Shown: positions 63,725-64,000 of the stretch, piece after piece | How the letters are laid out: each line of letters begins with the position of its first letter | How positions within the stretch are numbered: the first letter of the stretch is position 1 | Source: an uncultured Clostridia bacterium | Lineage (GTDB): Bacteria; Bacillota; Clostridia; Oscillospirales; UMGS1783 | Assembly (NCBI GenBank): GCA_937991645.1 | Contig: CALKPL010000037.1 | Span: 9,168-73,167 of the forward strand | DNA: 64,000 nt | Direction of reading: 5' to 3' | Program-made: the position numbers and the translations under genes | Notes under the pieces: model-generated | The model's input: only the letters and a program-made list of their open reading frames with translations | What the model was told of the DNA's origin: nothing | Databases searched by the model: none

Positions 63725-64000
63725 TATGAGAGAAAAAACAATCGAGCGAAAATTAACGCTGATGGTTAAGAAGCGGGGCGGCATCTGTCCGAAGTTCGTG
63801 TCTCCCGGATTTGACGGGATGCCCGACCGAATCGTTCTTCTGCCAGGTTGCCATTTTGCCTTTGTGGAAGTAAAGGCTCCCGGCGAAAAGCCCCGCCCAC
63901 TTCAGCTTTCGCGGCACAAATTACTGCGCAGACTTGGTTTTCCGGTATATGTCCTGGATGCCGAGGAGCAAATCGGAGGTATCCTTGATGAAATACAGTC
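63725..64000 (+). CDS. VRR-NUC domain nuclease; 3' end outside the window
   Basis: MREKTIERKLTLMVKKRGGICPKFVSPGFDGMPDRIVLLPGCHFAFVEVKAPGEKPRPLQLSRHKLLRRLGF, giving the D...E-V-K catalytic pattern. Confidence 0.8.

Larger units (their letters stand above)
41430..64000. mobile_element. tRNA-Pro-adjacent genomic island: defence operon plus phage-type replication module; right end outside the window
   Basis: Composition changes abruptly just after the tRNA. The cargo is R-M/McrBC genes and phage replication genes. No integrase or recombinase and no second copy of the tRNA 3' end are visible inside the window. Confidence 0.6.

Noticed and set aside
1-64000. Searched for CRISPR arrays, rRNA genes, IS elements/transposases, integrases, reverse transcriptases and toxin partners for the Phd-like gene
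   Set aside because: None found. I saw no regularly spaced direct repeats, no transposase, integrase or RT motifs in any listed ORF, and only one tRNA.

Overview
This window looks like a high-GC, endospore-forming Clostridia chromosome (Oscillospiraceae/Ruminococcaceae-like, judged from gene content; the species cannot be determined). It has two parts.

**Part 1, about 1-41.4 kb: core genome.**
- A padR pair, spoIVA and the complete spoIIIAA-AH operon.
- A roughly 9.6 kb glycan-utilisation locus: a surface protein with four repeats, two GH2 paralogues and an AraC regulator. It interrupts the Firmicutes block asp23-nusB-xseAB-ispA-dxs-tlyA-nadK-argR-recN, which is followed here by tyrS.
- An SGNH esterase, then about 1 kb with no convincing gene.
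- A thiol/sulfur redox cluster: ferredoxin, thioredoxin, Crp/Fnr, CoA-disulfide-reductase-rhodanese, NifX-like, MBL, DUF134, rhodanese, CcdA and TlpA.
- Two adjacent inactivated genes, a ComEC-like MBL gene, and tRNA-Pro(CGG).

**Part 2, about 41.4-64 kb: a genomic island starting right after tRNA-Pro, where GC drops visibly.**
- One long minus-strand operon with a near-consensus promoter. In transcription order it encodes a Phd/YefM-like protein, HsdM, HsdS, HsdR, a 500-aa ImmA/IrrE-type Zn-peptidase, McrB, McrC, a 511-aa unknown protein and a 61-aa unknown protein.
- A 500-bp motif-rich non-coding hub.
- A rightward phage-type replication module: sigma-r4-like, DUF2800 nuclease, DUF2815 SSB-like, family-A polymerase, DUF4406-like, primase-helicase and VRR-NUC. 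It runs off the window.

The best candidates for something undescribed are the peptidase between HsdR and McrB, and the translationally coupled 511-aa/61-aa pair at the operon's distal end.

All calls come from reading the sequence and ORF translations by eye. No database search was run.
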